Below, piece by piece: positions 15,555 through 31,692 of a stretch of 64,000 nucleotides of DNA (position 1 is its first letter; the number at the start of each line of letters is the position of its first letter). The translations under genes and the position numbers were made by a program. This DNA is from Octopus vulgaris (taxonomy: Eukaryota): the NCBI GenBank assembly GCA_951406725.2, contig OX597820.1:63798001-63862000 (forward strand), read 5' to 3'. The notes under the pieces are model-generated. The model ran no database searches and had not been told where the DNA came from. It saw only the letters and a program-made list of their open reading frames with translations.

Positions 15555-15936
15555 GTGTATGTATATACGTATATAATGTATACAAGATATATGTATATAC
15601 CACACATATATTTGTATATTTATATAATATATAGATAGATATCGTGTAAGTACGCATACGTATCCAGAATTATGTGCATATATATATATATAAAGGGGAA
15701 AGAGGGAGATATATATATTACCTCGGTAAAAATGAGATCGATAAAAATTAAAAGAAATATATAGAAAACTCATAGAAGGATACACGTGTACATACATACA
15801 CATTTATATATATGCATATATATATGTATGTATATATATTTATAAATATATATAAATATATATATATATATATCTGTGTGCTTATATGTATGTATGTATA
15901 CACAGATATATATATATATATATATATGTACACACG

Positions 15937-15980
<44 letters not shown>

Positions 15981-16687
15981 CGTACACACGTACATACATC
16001 CATAAATAATTGCATAGAAACGTATGTGTATGATACTAGGAGAGTAAAAAAAGATGGAAGACAGTTTAGAATATAGTAACTTAGGATGAGAGTGGAGTGG
16101 AAGAGAAAGAGAAACGAAAATTACTCTGATAGAGAGTAATAGATAATGAGAGACAGACAGAGAGAGAAAAAAGAAGAGAGATCAAGTGTTTGAGCGCCAG
16201 AAGATATTTAACTAAATAAATATAGAAATATTTTAGAAGAGGAAAATATAGACAATAAAATATTAAAATATACCACTCAATTTGTTTTCGAATTTTCCAG
16301 TGAAATGAAAAGCTTTTTACTTATCATTTCCGCTTTAGTAGACATATTGTGAATGATATGTCAAAAGATGGCGGATATAACCGCTTTTAAATATTACGTT
16401 TGAACAGAATCGTAGCTCAAATGACGGAAAGAAATGCTGAAGAAAAAATTATATTATAATTTTAAAAGCGATTAGTAGTGTTAAGAATATTCTCAAATCA
16501 GAGTTAAAGACAAATGTTATATTCATTTATGCCACTTCAAAGGCACGTGACGTTCATTTCATATACGAAAGAGCGTCGTTTATGTAATAATGAGAAAAGA
16601 AACATCTAGTAAACGGCCTACCTCTATTAGCTATCTTAGAATTTAAATGATTCTGTCAGCTCGACCGTATGTTCAGTGAAGGTTTTG

Positions 16688-16771
<84 letters not shown>

Positions 16772-16966
16772 ATTACAGCTGATATAATATATTATATATA
16801 TAAATTAGAGAACAACCGTCATGTAGCAATTCAACAATGATATAATTAAACCATACCATATAGAAAAAATTAATTAATCATATATATATATATATAAGCG
16901 TGTGTGTATGAGAGTTTGTGCGTGCGTTTGTGTGTGTATATGTGTGTATGTGTGTGTGTGTGTGTG

Positions 16967-17792
16967 TAGATGGTGCTCGGACTAGGAAAAATTTTATACC
17001 TTCATTTCTCAAGAACAGCTTGCTATATTGGTGAACCAGTAACAGCGTTGGAAAGAACAAAGATGAAAGTTGTAATTGAGAAACGGTTAGCTCACATGGA
17101 GAACTGGAATCTATGTGAATATTGGAAAAAAAGTTACCTATATCATGATGCTTTTGAAGTTGCCATTATGACCGAGTTTGAAGCTGCCATCAAGACTGCT
17201 CCTTAGTCCTCTCTAAAAACACTATATTGTAAAATGTAAGAAATGCCATGGAAAGCTACATTAGAGACTATGAAGCATTTAGATATTGTTCTCACTACGG
17301 CCGCACGCCGGGATCCATCCCAATATCTTTAAACATGGACTTGGTTTCAATTCAGATGGCCATGTGTGCCAACAATATACGGTGGATTGTCATACGTCCG
17401 GAAAATCTCAGAAGTGGTTGTCGTGCAAGTCCATCAGCTTCAAATTACTGATCCCCTAATTTCTTCCGATTGGAATCTGATGAATTACTATGTATGAGGC
17501 GAGATTGAGAACGGTACCAACCGCTCTCCTTGCAACACCAAAGCCAAAACGGTGGCCAAGCCGAGAGATGTGTTTCAAGATTTTCTCTGTGACACAATGA
17601 GCAACGCATGCACCGTGTTCCGAATCAGTGTGGATGCGGTGGTGGAAGATGATTGCTACTTCTTTGAGCAAACTGTTATCTTCCAGCCATAATCTAGGTT
17701 TCAATTTTTGCAAATGCTTCTATATTTGAATGAAATGCTATGTCTCATTTTACTTTCAGGCAAACTGTCAGATTGTGGCCGAACACCCTGTA
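16967..17792 (+). mobile_element. Decayed Tc1/mariner-superfamily (maT-like) element
   Basis: Degenerate WPPNSPDLNPLDYYVWG-type motif at ~17449-17505. The right end ...GGCCGAACACCCTG|TA has a weak inverted match, TAGATGGTGCTCGGAC, at ~16967. Confidence 0.55.
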
Positions 17793-17940
17793 TTTCTAAT
17801 AACGGAAAGGTGAATAGCAAAATCTTGAGCCCAGCATGGTTTGAACTCATTTGCAGATAACTATTAAAACTTAAGTACATTACTGATTCTGCCCCACTTG
17901 TTGGTTTTGATGATAATTCTTAACATAAATTCAGAATTGT

Positions 17941-18245
17941 GTGGAGGCACATTGGCCTAGTGGTTACAGAAGCGAACTCGCGGTCGAGGGATCGCGGATT
18001 TGAATCTCAGGCCTGGGTATGTGTGTGTTTATGATCAAAACATCTAAGCTCCAAGAGCCTCCGGCAGAAGGTAATGGTGAACCTCTGCTGACTCTTTCAC
18101 CACAACTTTATTTCACTCTTTCTTCCTGCATATAGCAGCTCACCTGCGATGGATCGGGATCCCATCCAGGTGGGGAACCTATACGTCAATGAATTCAGAA
18201 AAACCGGCCCTTATGAAACACGCTTGGCTCCAGAAGAAATAAACA
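17941..18245 (+). mobile_element. tRNA-derived SINE
   Basis: Head GTGGAGGCACATTGGCCTAGTGGTTA...GGATTTGAATCTC. The body CCTGCGATGGATCGGGATCCCATCCAG is related to the 4134 copy. Confidence 0.75.
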
Positions 18246-18673
18246 GCAAACTCTGAGTTAGCTTTTGATAATAATTTTTAACATAAACAGGTCACATATT
18301 CTGCCGAATAGGCGTTCAGTTAAAACGATCCGAAATAGTTGATTCCCACTTAAGTATATCGACCTAATAATTGACATTAAAAAATTCACTATGATTTGAA
18401 CCGAATCTCTAAACATTCTTCTAATCCTAGTCCCCCGTTCTAATGTTAAATGTCATAATTAGATATTTTGAGAATATATTTGCTGTGAAATTTGCCAGAT
18501 TTAGTGTCGAGTTTCAATATGTAATTATGAAAAAAAAGTCACATGTGGAATCTTAAATTCATAATAAAAAGGAACGTCGTAATTGGTCCAAGGCCAAATG
18601 TGAGTAAATAATAACCATGATAATGATGATGATGATGATGATGAATGTGGTGATGATGATGATGATCATCATC

Positions 18674-18718
<45 letters not shown>

Positions 18719-18742
18719 GTAATAATAATAATAATAATAATA

Positions 18743-20135
<1,393 letters not shown>

Positions 20136-20200
20136 TAATAATAATGTTAATAATGATGATGACAATGATGATAATGATGATAATAATGATAATAATAATG

Positions 20201-20263
<63 letters not shown>

Positions 20264-20351
20264 TAATAATAGTAATAATAATAATGATAATAATTATAAT
20301 AAAAATAAAAACAACAACCACAATAATAATAATAATAATAACAAGAATATC

Positions 20352-20449
<98 letters not shown>

Positions 20450-20595
20450 GATGGAGGAAGAAACGACAGAAAAATTTAATTACATTATTGATATTACTTA
20501 TATTCGATGGATATTTGTCATCTTGTTTGTGTCATCCGTCGAATGTAAATAATTTAAATAATGTAAATAACGTACATATTTCCTAATCTTTTAAA

Positions 20596-21727
20596 TATAG
20601 AACAGAAAAAATTAAGGTGGAGTATTAGCGCAGACTGGGACTGCTCCTTAAGCCGAAATTAAACAGACGGAATAATATTGAAGTTATCAACAACCTGGAC
20701 GGTTTCACTCCTTAGATATGGAACAGGGGTAGTCGCATGGACAGCTTAGACAGAAAGACAAGGAAGTTGCTGATTAGATATGGGATACCCCACCCAAAAA
20801 TTGACAAAGACAGACTGTATGTACTAAGAAAAAGAGGGGGAAGAGAAATGATTGGGTGCGAACACAGCGTAAGAAAAGAAGAAAGTGACATAGCATTGTA
20901 TGTAAAAAATGCCACAAAAACGCTATTATTGAAAGTAAGATCAGGTTTGTGTAGGATGGAAGACTGCAAAGGTAAAGCACTGTACAAGCACTTGGGAACG
21001 AATGAAATTGAAAATAGGTGGATAAAGAAGAGAATGCACAGACGATATCATAGGGATGTTGAAGATAAGACAGATAGAAAAAACGATGGTTATGGAAGAC
21101 TAAAACTGATTTAAAACCGGAAACGGAGGCTCTAATCTCAGCTGCCCAAGATTAAGCATTAATAACCAATTATATCAAATACCGAATAACAACACATCAG
21201 AAAAGGATAAGTGCAGACTTAGTGGACAACATGTTGAAACCGTATGGAATATTTCCAGACAATGTACGCCACTACCCCCCTACCCCAGAAAGAATATAAG
21301 AGGTCATGACAATATAGCATGGATTGTCTATTGGACTGCAAAAATGTGGTACGAACGTAAACCCCCCAGAAAACCATTGAAAATGACAACACAATCATCC
21401 TATGGGATTTTATGAATGAGTGTGACTACGAGATAGAGAAATGGAAACAAGACATAGTCTTAATTGAGAAAGCAATCAAACAATACTGGATCACAGAAAA
21501 CAAGGTATGCGATAAGGAAGAAAGAAAATTCGATAGTTATAACAGGTTATCTTGGGAGGTTAAGCAGTAGCGGTGGCTGAAATAGGTGGTAGTAGTACGA
21601 ATAATTGTCAGAGAGAATCTCAAGAATTACATGGAATAAATAGCGGCTCCAATACGGGTGGAGCACTTGCAGAAAACAACACTGCTTGGAACTACTCGAA
21701 TACTTCGGATTGTGCTCGAAAAATTAG
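20596..21727 (+). mobile_element. Older, decayed R4/Dong-type non-LTR fragment (RT C-terminus to RLE)
   Basis: TRKLL..HPKIDKDRLYVLRKRGGR, ETEALISAAQD, IILWDF and terminal LQKTTLLGTTRILR, followed directly by (TAA)n. Many stops and frameshifts. Confidence 0.85.
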
Positions 21728-21759
21728 TAATAATAATGATAATAATAATGATAATAATG

Positions 21760-21881
<122 letters not shown>

Positions 21882-22241
21882 AAGAAGAAGAAGAAGAAGA
21901 AGAAGAAGAAGAAGAAGAAGAGGAACAACGACAACAATAATAAATACAACGACGGCCACGACCACGACAAAAGCTACGAAATTCATTGAGAATGATATGA
22001 ACATCAGTCTGGAGATTAGGATAAATAAATATGTATTTACTATCGCTTGAAGAGTTTTCGACTGCTTTGGCAACCCATTTTATTTTGAGACAGAGAGAAG
22101 TTAAGTAAGACGTTATTCAACGTGACCATTTAAAAAAAAAATATGGTGAGATTTGAAGGAGAACCGGCTGGTAATCATAGCAAGTCGGGAGACCACGTCA
22201 AAGATTTGCTGGCTCATCGACGATGATGATGATCATCATCG

Positions 22242-22283
<42 letters not shown>

Positions 22284-22286
22284 ATG

Positions 22287-22318
<32 letters not shown>

Positions 22319-22743
22319 GCCATCATCATTATCATCATAATTAATGCGATTGTCGCAATAGTAGTTGCGTTGGTTATGATGAAATATTTCTATAATTTTC
22401 CCATGAATTCTTATATCTAATTAGGCTCAGAGGATTAGTGAAAATTTGTAAACGAGAAAAAGCAAAAGGTTTATGGGGTTAACTGCTTAGAACCAGCATA
22501 TCAGATTTCGTATCAAGATAAAAAAATCGACCGTATTCGGTGCAGAATTCAAAATTACTTAAGATTTCAAATTAACACACCACATTTTTCATTTCATCCT
22601 AAGCTCACAAATACACTTTTATTATAAACGCTCACCCGTTAAAACGCGTGTGTGCATGTTTGTGTGTGTGCGTGCGTGTGCGTGTGTGTGCGGCTAAGTT
22701 ACCATGGACACATAGCTACAATCACAGAAGTCTCCAAGTGTAC

Positions 22744-22826
<83 letters not shown>

Positions 22827-23630
22827 TGTGTGTGTGTATATATATGTGTGTGTGTTTGTTTATATACATTGGTTTGTGGATATGGGCATAGGCATGGATG
22901 TGACTGCATATTTTTGTGTGTGTGTATGTGTGTGAGTGTATGTATGTGTGTGTAAGCGCGTGCGTGCGTGTATGTTTATGCGTGTGAATGAGTGTGTGTG
23001 CGTGTGTATGTGTGTTTGATGTTTGTAAATCTATTTTCTGCGAATTTGGCTTTGTCCTTTGTATGCGAAGTAGTTCTTGCTGATGCAAATATATAATGAA
23101 AATTAATCTACTGCATATACTTAGTACATTCGTTTGCTGGTAAAGAAAAAATATAAATGTAATCCTGCGGGATGTCAATTCTACTTTAGTTCACATTTTC
23201 AGACACAGAAGTTGTTTCTCGTATACTACACCACAAACAGTTGCAACACGATATGACCAGGAGTCCTTTCTTTATACACTATATTAAAAGATTACCGTTT
23301 CAGATATCTTACGTTCTTCTGGTGAATGTTTTAACCTGAAATGATTTACATTTATATGAACATTTACGCTGCATTATTCAATACAAAAAGTTCAGCAAAG
23401 ATAATTATGTCATCTTAGCGACAACATATAAATAGTATAAAATATATAATTATATAAATGCCATACAGATAGTTAACGTTGGAAGCAGCATCCCTGAAAA
23501 TATTTCCGGCTATATCGTATACTAGATATATCGTATATACTACATATATCGTATATGTAGGTATATATATATACATATTAGAATTTTCAATTGATATTAA
23601 AATTAATATTAATTTATCTCCCTCATTATT

Positions 23631-23682
<52 letters not shown>

Positions 23683-24325
23683 AAAGACAACAAACGCCAA
23701 GGCAAGTCAAACATCTCAAGTCATATACGTTATTATCTTTAAAAAAAATGTTATGTCTTACAGCTGTAATAAGAAATTATTTATAAAAAATAAAAATGAC
23801 GTATATGACTTCAGAAGTTTCTCTTACCTTAGCGGTTGTTGTCCTCTTTAACAAATATTTATCCGCTATAACAAGAAATTTATAATGGTTACATACCACC
23901 CGTCTCAACAATGAGCTTGGAGCCCCGGTGATCCGTTTCAGCTCTTACCCAGCGTACTTAGTCGTTTCACCAGCTTAATTTAATTCGTTCACAGTCGAAA
24001 CACACCTGTTATTATATCCTGTTATTATTTTTATTGTATTTGAGTAACATTGTCCGTTTTTTGCTGTCCTTGTTTTTCTATACATTCGCTGTTTCCTTCC
24101 AAAGAATCTGATGCTCTTAGCTTCGTTTTTTCTTGGGACTGGCTAGATTGGAGCAATTTCGAGTATAATCATCCGAAATTGTGAAGATAATCTGGTACTC
24201 GTCTAAGGAAAGAAAACTTCTAATGAGCAGTCCTTGTTTTCTTGGTATCGTCCATCTGGATGTTTTGTTGTCCCAGTTTGGTACCACCTAACTGTCCAGA
24301 TGTTTTGCGTTCTTGTCCCATTTTG

Positions 24326-24391
<66 letters not shown>

Positions 24392-24730
24392 GGTCTCTTT
24401 CTCTTTCTTTCCCTCCCTAATACTTTACCTTCGTCTAACTGTCAGTCTGTCCTTCTCTCGTCTCCAATCCTACAAGTTATTTTCGTTTTCTTTCGCATTA
24501 TCACATATCTGCCTGCCTTGTGGCTGGACAGCGATTTTTTCTCCTATATGTATGTTTTTTTTTTTATTTTGTCGTGGTTGTTTTCTTCATTGTCCCGTAC
24601 ATTCGTTATCTGTTCCCAGTGGCTGTTCGACACTGACGCCATCAGAAATAGCATTATAATCGTTAGAGGTGCGAAATTGTAATGATCTTTTAAACGTTGA
24701 CTGATGAAGAATAAGCTGCGAATTTTCTGT

Positions 24731-24804
<74 letters not shown>

Positions 24805-25539
24805 TGTGTGCGTATACATACATTAAATGTATTGTAAATAAACAATGACAGATAAAAAAAAATAAGCGTATCCGTACAAGACATAGCGGTCCACTAATTC
24901 TTCATCAGTTATCAACCAAAATAGTAATGCTTAGTTTCACACCTTTACTGATAAAACTGAGGGCCTTCCCATACATACATACATACATACATACATACAT
25001 ACATACATACATACATACATACATTCATACAAAAATACCCTGTTGTTGACGTTGAAATTCCAGTGAAGGAGCCTTGTATCTAGGTTCGAAACAGGTTTTT
25101 TTTCTTTATCGGCAAGAAATCGTGGAATGAGCTGAATAAAGACATACATACATACACACGCACACACGCACACAAACACACAAACACACACACACGCACA
25201 CACACACACACAAATATGTGTGTATATTTTCTTCGTACTGGTTTATGTGTACATATATATTTTTGGGGTGTGTGTTTGCGTGTGGATATGTGAATGTGTA
25301 TGCATTCGTATATATATATATATATATCAGTTCACTTTCATGAATATCCGACAACACCCTGGGGATTATTTTTTGTCAAACAATACCCTTGCGTCTTCGT
25401 AGCTCTAGGTAGATTTCGTCATGCAACACAAATTATATCAGTATGGAAGAAGCAACTTTGTCGATTTTACAGTAAAAGCATCTTGTCCATTTATTTGTTC
25501 TGGCCAAGATCTCGAGACGTACTTGCTTTTGCTATGTAG

Positions 25540-26420
25540 TATTTCAAAGAAGATACAATCAATGTTCCCAACTCTTTAAGTTGTGTTGTAAAACAGACTA
25601 TGTGAGAAGTTAGGTTCTCCCAGCTTCCATTCAAATTAATTCTATAATTTTCCTTGAGATTTATTGATATTCATTGTTAAACTATATCTGACAGAATTCG
25701 TAGCCTTTGAATTTCATACGGCAAACCTGTTTGCTTCAGTTGTTTTCTACATTAAAATTAGATGCTATAATCATGCAAGAGTTACTTGCACTTGCAAATA
25801 ACACTTGCATGATTACAGCGTCTATTTTATTACGCATAATATTTTAATGATGAGCTGTGAGCCATTACAAAGTTTTGGAGTGTCTAGTTTAAATTATAGC
25901 ATAATTAATGCTCCAAATTTAAGTATCAGATTGTGTGAACGGATTCCTGCTGTTTCGAAGTTGTTCAGAAAATCGGTTGGACGATTTATAATCTGGTCAT
26001 GCAAAGCAGCTGTATTTATAGATTTTTAACATCTTTTCTGTTTGAAGAGCATGTTTAGTAGCCTTGTGTTGGTTTCTTTGGAAGCAGCATCTTTCTGTTC
26101 TTGATTATTCATTTACAGAACCGTTAGGCGATAAAAGTGTCTGATATATGTATTAGAAAGGACGGATAGTTAGTTACCGTTTCAATGATGTGGCCCAAAG
26201 ACAACTGAATCTCTTCGCTGAAATCCTTTTCAGTGACTTTATTTTCCACTTTAACTAACTGTATTACATTCTCATAATTACCACTAGTAAAATACAGTTG
26301 TATTTGGTGGTAAATGTTTGACGGGACCAGAGTGTAAGATTTCAATCAAGATATGATCCGACCATCATTGACCAGATTTGCTTGATAAAAAATTTCATGT
26401 TTTATTAGAGGTCATGCATG
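25540..26420 (-). mobile_element. Decayed Helitron-type PIF1-family helicase fragment
   Basis: The minus strand reads PTDFLNNFETAGIRSHNLILKFGALIML..LDTPKLCNGSQLII, then MNINKSQG and FSH..RVG. This matches the order of the PIF1/Helitron motifs YPTEFLN..PPH.L.LK.G.PIMLLRNL..LCNGTRL..MTINKSQGQ..FSHGQLYV..SRV. Confidence 0.75.
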
Positions 26421-27731
26421 GATCGGTTCATGGTATCATATGGTCTTTGTGGCTGATGTTTGCTTCCTCTCAGATGACCAAATTTTATCCTTGCAAGAAC
26501 TAGATATCTGCCCTGATTTAAGGCACGACTGCGGTCTTGAGGCAGTTTAATAATGGATTTTGTACTTCTTCCATCATCCAGACACTTTACTCAAATTACA
26601 CTTAAAGTACCATGGAATACAATGTGCTGCTTTTAGCGAGCTTTTGCAAGCAAGGACTTCATACTAAATTTCTCGTCTCTGTCTTTAGTAGTATATATGA
26701 TGAATAATGCGCTGTTCTCATTTTCTATATATTTCATAATGGTGTTTTAAGCACCACTCGAAGTTAATTTTCATTCACATCAGGAATAAAGTTTGACGTT
26801 GGCCTCCTGAAAGACTTCGAAGTAAAATTTTGTTCTTCCCCTGTAATCGGTGCGTAGTTAATCAATATGTTATTCAGTGCCTGCACACGACGTGACAGAG
26901 CGAGTAAAGCATGCAATTTCCAGGGCAAAATTCCATTTACATAATGTCGTTCAGATTCTGGTTTGGCTCAGATTTGCTTCTGAAGTAATGCTTTTGTACT
27001 TATGCAAGAGTAGATGCGGATTTGCAATTTAGCATGCTTAGTAACCAACAGCTGTCTTATTTGATTTCCTGTGCTTTGCAGAGTCTTTTTCGAATGTCCA
27101 TTGTCGTGGGAGCTCATAAAATTCACATGACTCTTGTATTTTGTGCACACCACCCTTGCAAAATGCGTGTGTTCCTTAAATACATTAGGCCATTAGACAG
27201 TGTGTAGATATATCTGCAAATTAGAAACACTTTCGCTGTTAGGGTGGACAACTTAAGCAATTAATTGCATCACTTTCCGTGATGACGTTGCATCTATCTA
27301 CTGAAATAATATAATTCTTTCAATTCTATATATTCCAATTAATCCAATGTATCACAATGGATTCTATGCAACAAAAATATATAGCAAGACAATATTTACC
27401 AATACAACAACGGTATATATATTTTCTTAAAAGATAAGAGTAAGTTAGGAAGCTAAGTGTCATAACAGTTGATTGAACACATAGAAAGTTAACTGTAAAA
27501 CCTACCAGAATTAAACACCGAATCATTTTAAACTTGGGCATTCAACAAGCAAAGGGGTCACCGATACTCACATTATCATGTAAGAAGCCAAACAAAATTA
27601 CACATGCCCAAAATTGATGGTTTCATAGAATTAACAGTATAACAGATCAATACACACAGACGAAACGAAAACAAATATATATGTACCTCTGTGTTTGTGT
27701 GCGTGTGTGTCTAGCATACATATAAAAGACT

Positions 27732-27801
<70 letters not shown>

Positions 27802-27898
27802 ATATACATATATTTACATGTATATATTTGTATATATATGTATCTATATATCTTTCTATTTATCTATATGTGTGTGTATGTGTGTGTGTGTGTGTGTG

Positions 27899-29575
27899 TT
27901 AAATAAAATGAGGCAACAAACCCAAGACTGTGTGGAATTTTCAGGACGTTTATAAAGAGAAATTTAGTCTTACAGCTGTTTCTGGGATATTAGTGATATC
28001 CCTTCATCAGAGACCATGTAAGATGTTTAATTAGTGGGAAATATTAGAGTTCAATATAGGAAGTTAGCCTGGAAAAGAAAGGAAATAAGGAAAAAGGAGT
28101 GTTAGTTGGTGGTCAACATACCACAAGGGGAGATGCGGGATGGGAGAGGATTAGGGGAGAGTAGGAAGAGATAAGATTGTAAGTAATGAACATTGTGAGG
28201 TGTGTGAGGTGGGATGATATGCGAGGATGGGACTAAGAGATGGGTACAGAAAAAAGTATCGGAACGAAGTTTCTACAGAGAGTAGTAGATCTGAAAACGG
28301 AAAGGAAGAATACTAAGAATGATCAAATTTCTATAAATAGACTTGTGTGTTTATTCTACTGGCTAATGTGATAGTGTGGGTTGAGCAATCAGGGAGAAAG
28401 AAAGAAATAGTGTATATCGATATATGCACGCGCGCACACATGCACATATATGTGTGTGAGCATGCACTGTTATATAGGCTTGCGTACTTGTGTATTTAAA
28501 CCTGTACACATGCATATACACACACACACACACAAACATGTACATAGGCACATATATGCATATACTCACATATACAAATACATACATACACATATATACA
28601 CACACATACATATACATACACATATATATATATGCTTACACACGCATACCCAGAAATACATGCATATACGCATACACGTGCACACATGCACGCATACATG
28701 CACACATACACACATATTCACGCACACACATATATATATATATGCATATACATACACACATACATTCGCATACGTACATATATTCATGTCCATATGTGCA
28801 ATATTAAAGAATTAAAACAAGTTTGGAGAGTCAGAGGATTGCTGGGGATTACCTAATGGGTATTTGGGATATGTGCTGTTTGGTTATTTAGGTTGCATTT
28901 AGATTTATGGTAAAATTTGAAGGTATAACGAAAGTGGCGGCCGCATGTACCTAGGACCTCATTATATTTATTTAGTAATATTGAAGAGTTGTGTTTTAAT
29001 ATGTGGAATGCCTCTTTTAGGCATAACTTACAAGCTGAGCGTTGACGTTGGTATAGAAGACCAGAATCTATTATGGAGCCTGACAAGATTTAGGAAATAT
29101 TTCTATTTTTGATATCATGTACGTGACTGGCGAGTGTTGTGGATTTACTATTTCTCGTATCTAAAAAGAATAGGGTAACATTGTTTAAAATTTACAGTTG
29201 ACCCTATATATATGGTTATAGAATTGCATAAAGTGTTCATAACGGTGAATTTAAAAATTACATTGGGCCTTCTGCAATGTAGAGAGTAGAAGGTCCCAAG
29301 GTGGAAGTTACATGGGAGTGCATTGTGGAGATTATTCTCAGGAATGGAAGGGGTAATACCGTCAGAGGATTGGTTAGAGATGGGGGTAAGTCGGTCTATT
29401 CTATTAACATTATTATTAATATTATCATTGCTATTTCTATCATTGTTGTTATTTATCCTATCTGTAATGAAGGGATATTCCTAATATCACAGAAACAGCT
29501 ATAAGACTAACTTTCTCTCTATAAATGTCCGGAAAACTCCACACAGCCTTGGCGTTGTTGTCTCATTTTATTTAA
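27899..29575 (-). mobile_element. Penelope-like element fragment: GIY-YIG endonuclease 3' end between inverted pseudo-LTRs
   Basis: Minus strand 29290-28853 gives CRRPNVIF..YIGST..STTLASHV..CKLCLKE..LLNKYNEVLGTC (GIY-YIG region of PLEs). The ~120-bp segments 27899-28015 and ~29458-29575 are diverged inverted repeats, each containing a hammerhead-type motif. Confidence 0.8.
27966..28015 (-). ncRNA. Type I hammerhead ribozyme (PLE type)
   Basis: Minus strand: GGTCT-CTGATGA-A-GGGATAT-cacta-ATATCCC-A-GAAAC-AGCT-GTA-AGACT. Stem I GTCT/AGAC, 7-bp stem II, palindromic stem III ACAGCTGT, GUA cleavage triplet. Confidence 0.8.
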
Positions 29576-30480
29576 AATACACATGCTCATACAAGACCCG
29601 CATTAGACTCTTCACTCGTATCATTCTCGAACTGAGAGTTTAACTACAGTCCTTCCAAAGCACTTACATAGCGTTACGTGCTACCTTGGGTCATGTGGAT
29701 ACAAATACCTCTCATACCCTATACACACACACACATATCACATATATACATGTATTTATATATACATATATATGTATCAATATATACATATATATGTATC
29801 ATATATATATATATATATATATACATATAATATTTATATAACTGTATACACACACATGTATATATGTATATATATATATACACAGGGATATATACATAAA
29901 TACAGAAATATATATATGTATGTGCATATGTATGAATATGTATATATAGATATGCCTGTGTAAATATATATATATATATGTGTGTGTGTGTGTATGTAAT
30001 ACATACATATAAATATGCGTATATACATGCATAAGGTATGAATATTGTTTGCATGTCAGTGTGTGTGTGTGCGTGTGTTTGTGTGTGTGTGTACAGTCAT
30101 TTATATATGATTGCACTCAAACATGGTTCTTATGGATGTGGAAACATTTTCTAAGCATTGATTCCAACCAATCACACACGAGATGAAGTCATCGTTTCGG
30201 TTTTTATAAGCAATATCCAACGTAAGTCTTTTAGTGAAACTGAAAATTCCACACTAATTACTACAATGTGTTGACACTCAATTTTATAGCGACTTGGCGG
30301 CAAGAGTCTAAACGCATATTTCGGTTTAAGTTTTGAATTACATATCCCTGAATATTAATATCTCTAAAATATAATAATGATAATAATAACAACAATAATA
30401 ATAATAATAATAATAATGATGATGATGGTGATGATAATAACAAAATAATAATGATGATGATGATGGAGGTGATGATGATG

Positions 30481-30521
<41 letters not shown>

Positions 30522-30720
30522 GGCGGCAAGCTGGCAGAATCGTTAGCAGGCGGGGCAAAATGCTCAGCGGTATTGTTCGTCCGCCTTCACCTACTAAGTT
30601 CAAATTCCACTGAGTTGGATTTTGCCTTTCATCCTTTTGCAGTCGATAAATCAGTTACCAGTTGCGTAATCGACTGGTCCCTCCCCCAGAATTTCAGGCT
30701 CTGTGCTTAGACTAGAAAAG

Positions 30721-30722
<2 letters not shown>
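30522..30722 (+). mobile_element. tRNA-derived SINE (GGCGGCGAGCTGGCAGAA family) with (ATT)n tail
   Basis: Head GGCGGCAAGCTGGCAGAATCGTTAGC...AGTTCAAATTCC, core TTTGCCTTTCATCCTTT..GTCGATAAA. More than ten related copies occur in the window. Confidence 0.85.
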
Positions 30723-30791
<69 letters not shown>

Positions 30792-30973
30792 CGTCGTCAT
30801 CATCATCATCATCATCATCATTATCATCATAACCCTTATGATTTTTTGTGGTAATAGCACGGCAGTATTACTCGCATGGTAGTAGCAGCTGCAGCAACAA
30901 CAGCAGCGGCGGCAGTAGCAGCAGCAGTAGCAACAACAGCAGCAGCAGCAGCAGCAGCAGCAGTAACAGCAGC

Positions 30974-31028
<55 letters not shown>

Positions 31029-31067
31029 ATGCTGTTGCTTTTATTTGAATGGAAGATATATTCCCGT

Positions 31068-31692
31068 ATTCTTTACTACTCTAGGCATAAGACCCGAAAT
31101 TTTGGGGGAGTGGTGCCACTTGATTAGATTGACCCCAGTACGCAACTGCTACTTAATTTATCGACCCCGAAACGAGGAAAAGCTAAGTCGACCTCGGCGC
31201 AATTTGAACTCAGAACATAACGACAGACGAAATATGTTGTTTTTTTTTATTGCCCACAGGGTGTTAAACATGGAGAGGACAAACAAGGACGGACAAAGAG
31301 ATTAAGTCGATTACATCGACCCCAGTGCGTAACTGGTACTTAATTTATCGACCCCGAAATTATGAAAAGCAAAGTCGATTTCGGCGGAATTTGAACTCCG
31401 AACGTAACGGCTGACGAAATACCGCTAAGCATTTCGCCCGGCGTGCTAACGTTTCTGCCAGTTCGCCGCCTTAAAGAACCGTTTCTATTTTAGGCACAAT
31501 GCCCCAAATTATTAGGGTAGGGGTCCAGTCGATTACATCGACCCCAGTACGCAACTGGCACATAATTTATCGACCTCGAAATGATGAAATGTAAAGTCGA
31601 CCACGGTGGAATTTGAACTCAGAACACAAAGACAGACGAAATATCACTATGCATTTCGCCCGGTCCGCTAACGTTTCTGCCAGCTCGCCGCC
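31068..31692 (-). mobile_element. Three tandem SINE copies (GGCGGCGAGCTGGCAGAA family)
   Basis: Repeated TTAATTTATCGACCCCGAAA...AAAGTCGAC...AATTTGAACTCAGAAC, with heads ending ...TCGCCGCC at ~31470 and 31692. Confidence 0.85.

Noticed and set aside
24695-25125. CTGATGAAGAAT motifs (24701 plus, ~24900 minus) and CCAGTGAAGGAGCCT..AGGTTCGAAACAGG (~25060)
   Set aside because: Possibly decayed hammerhead repeats, but cores or stems are incomplete, so they are not called.
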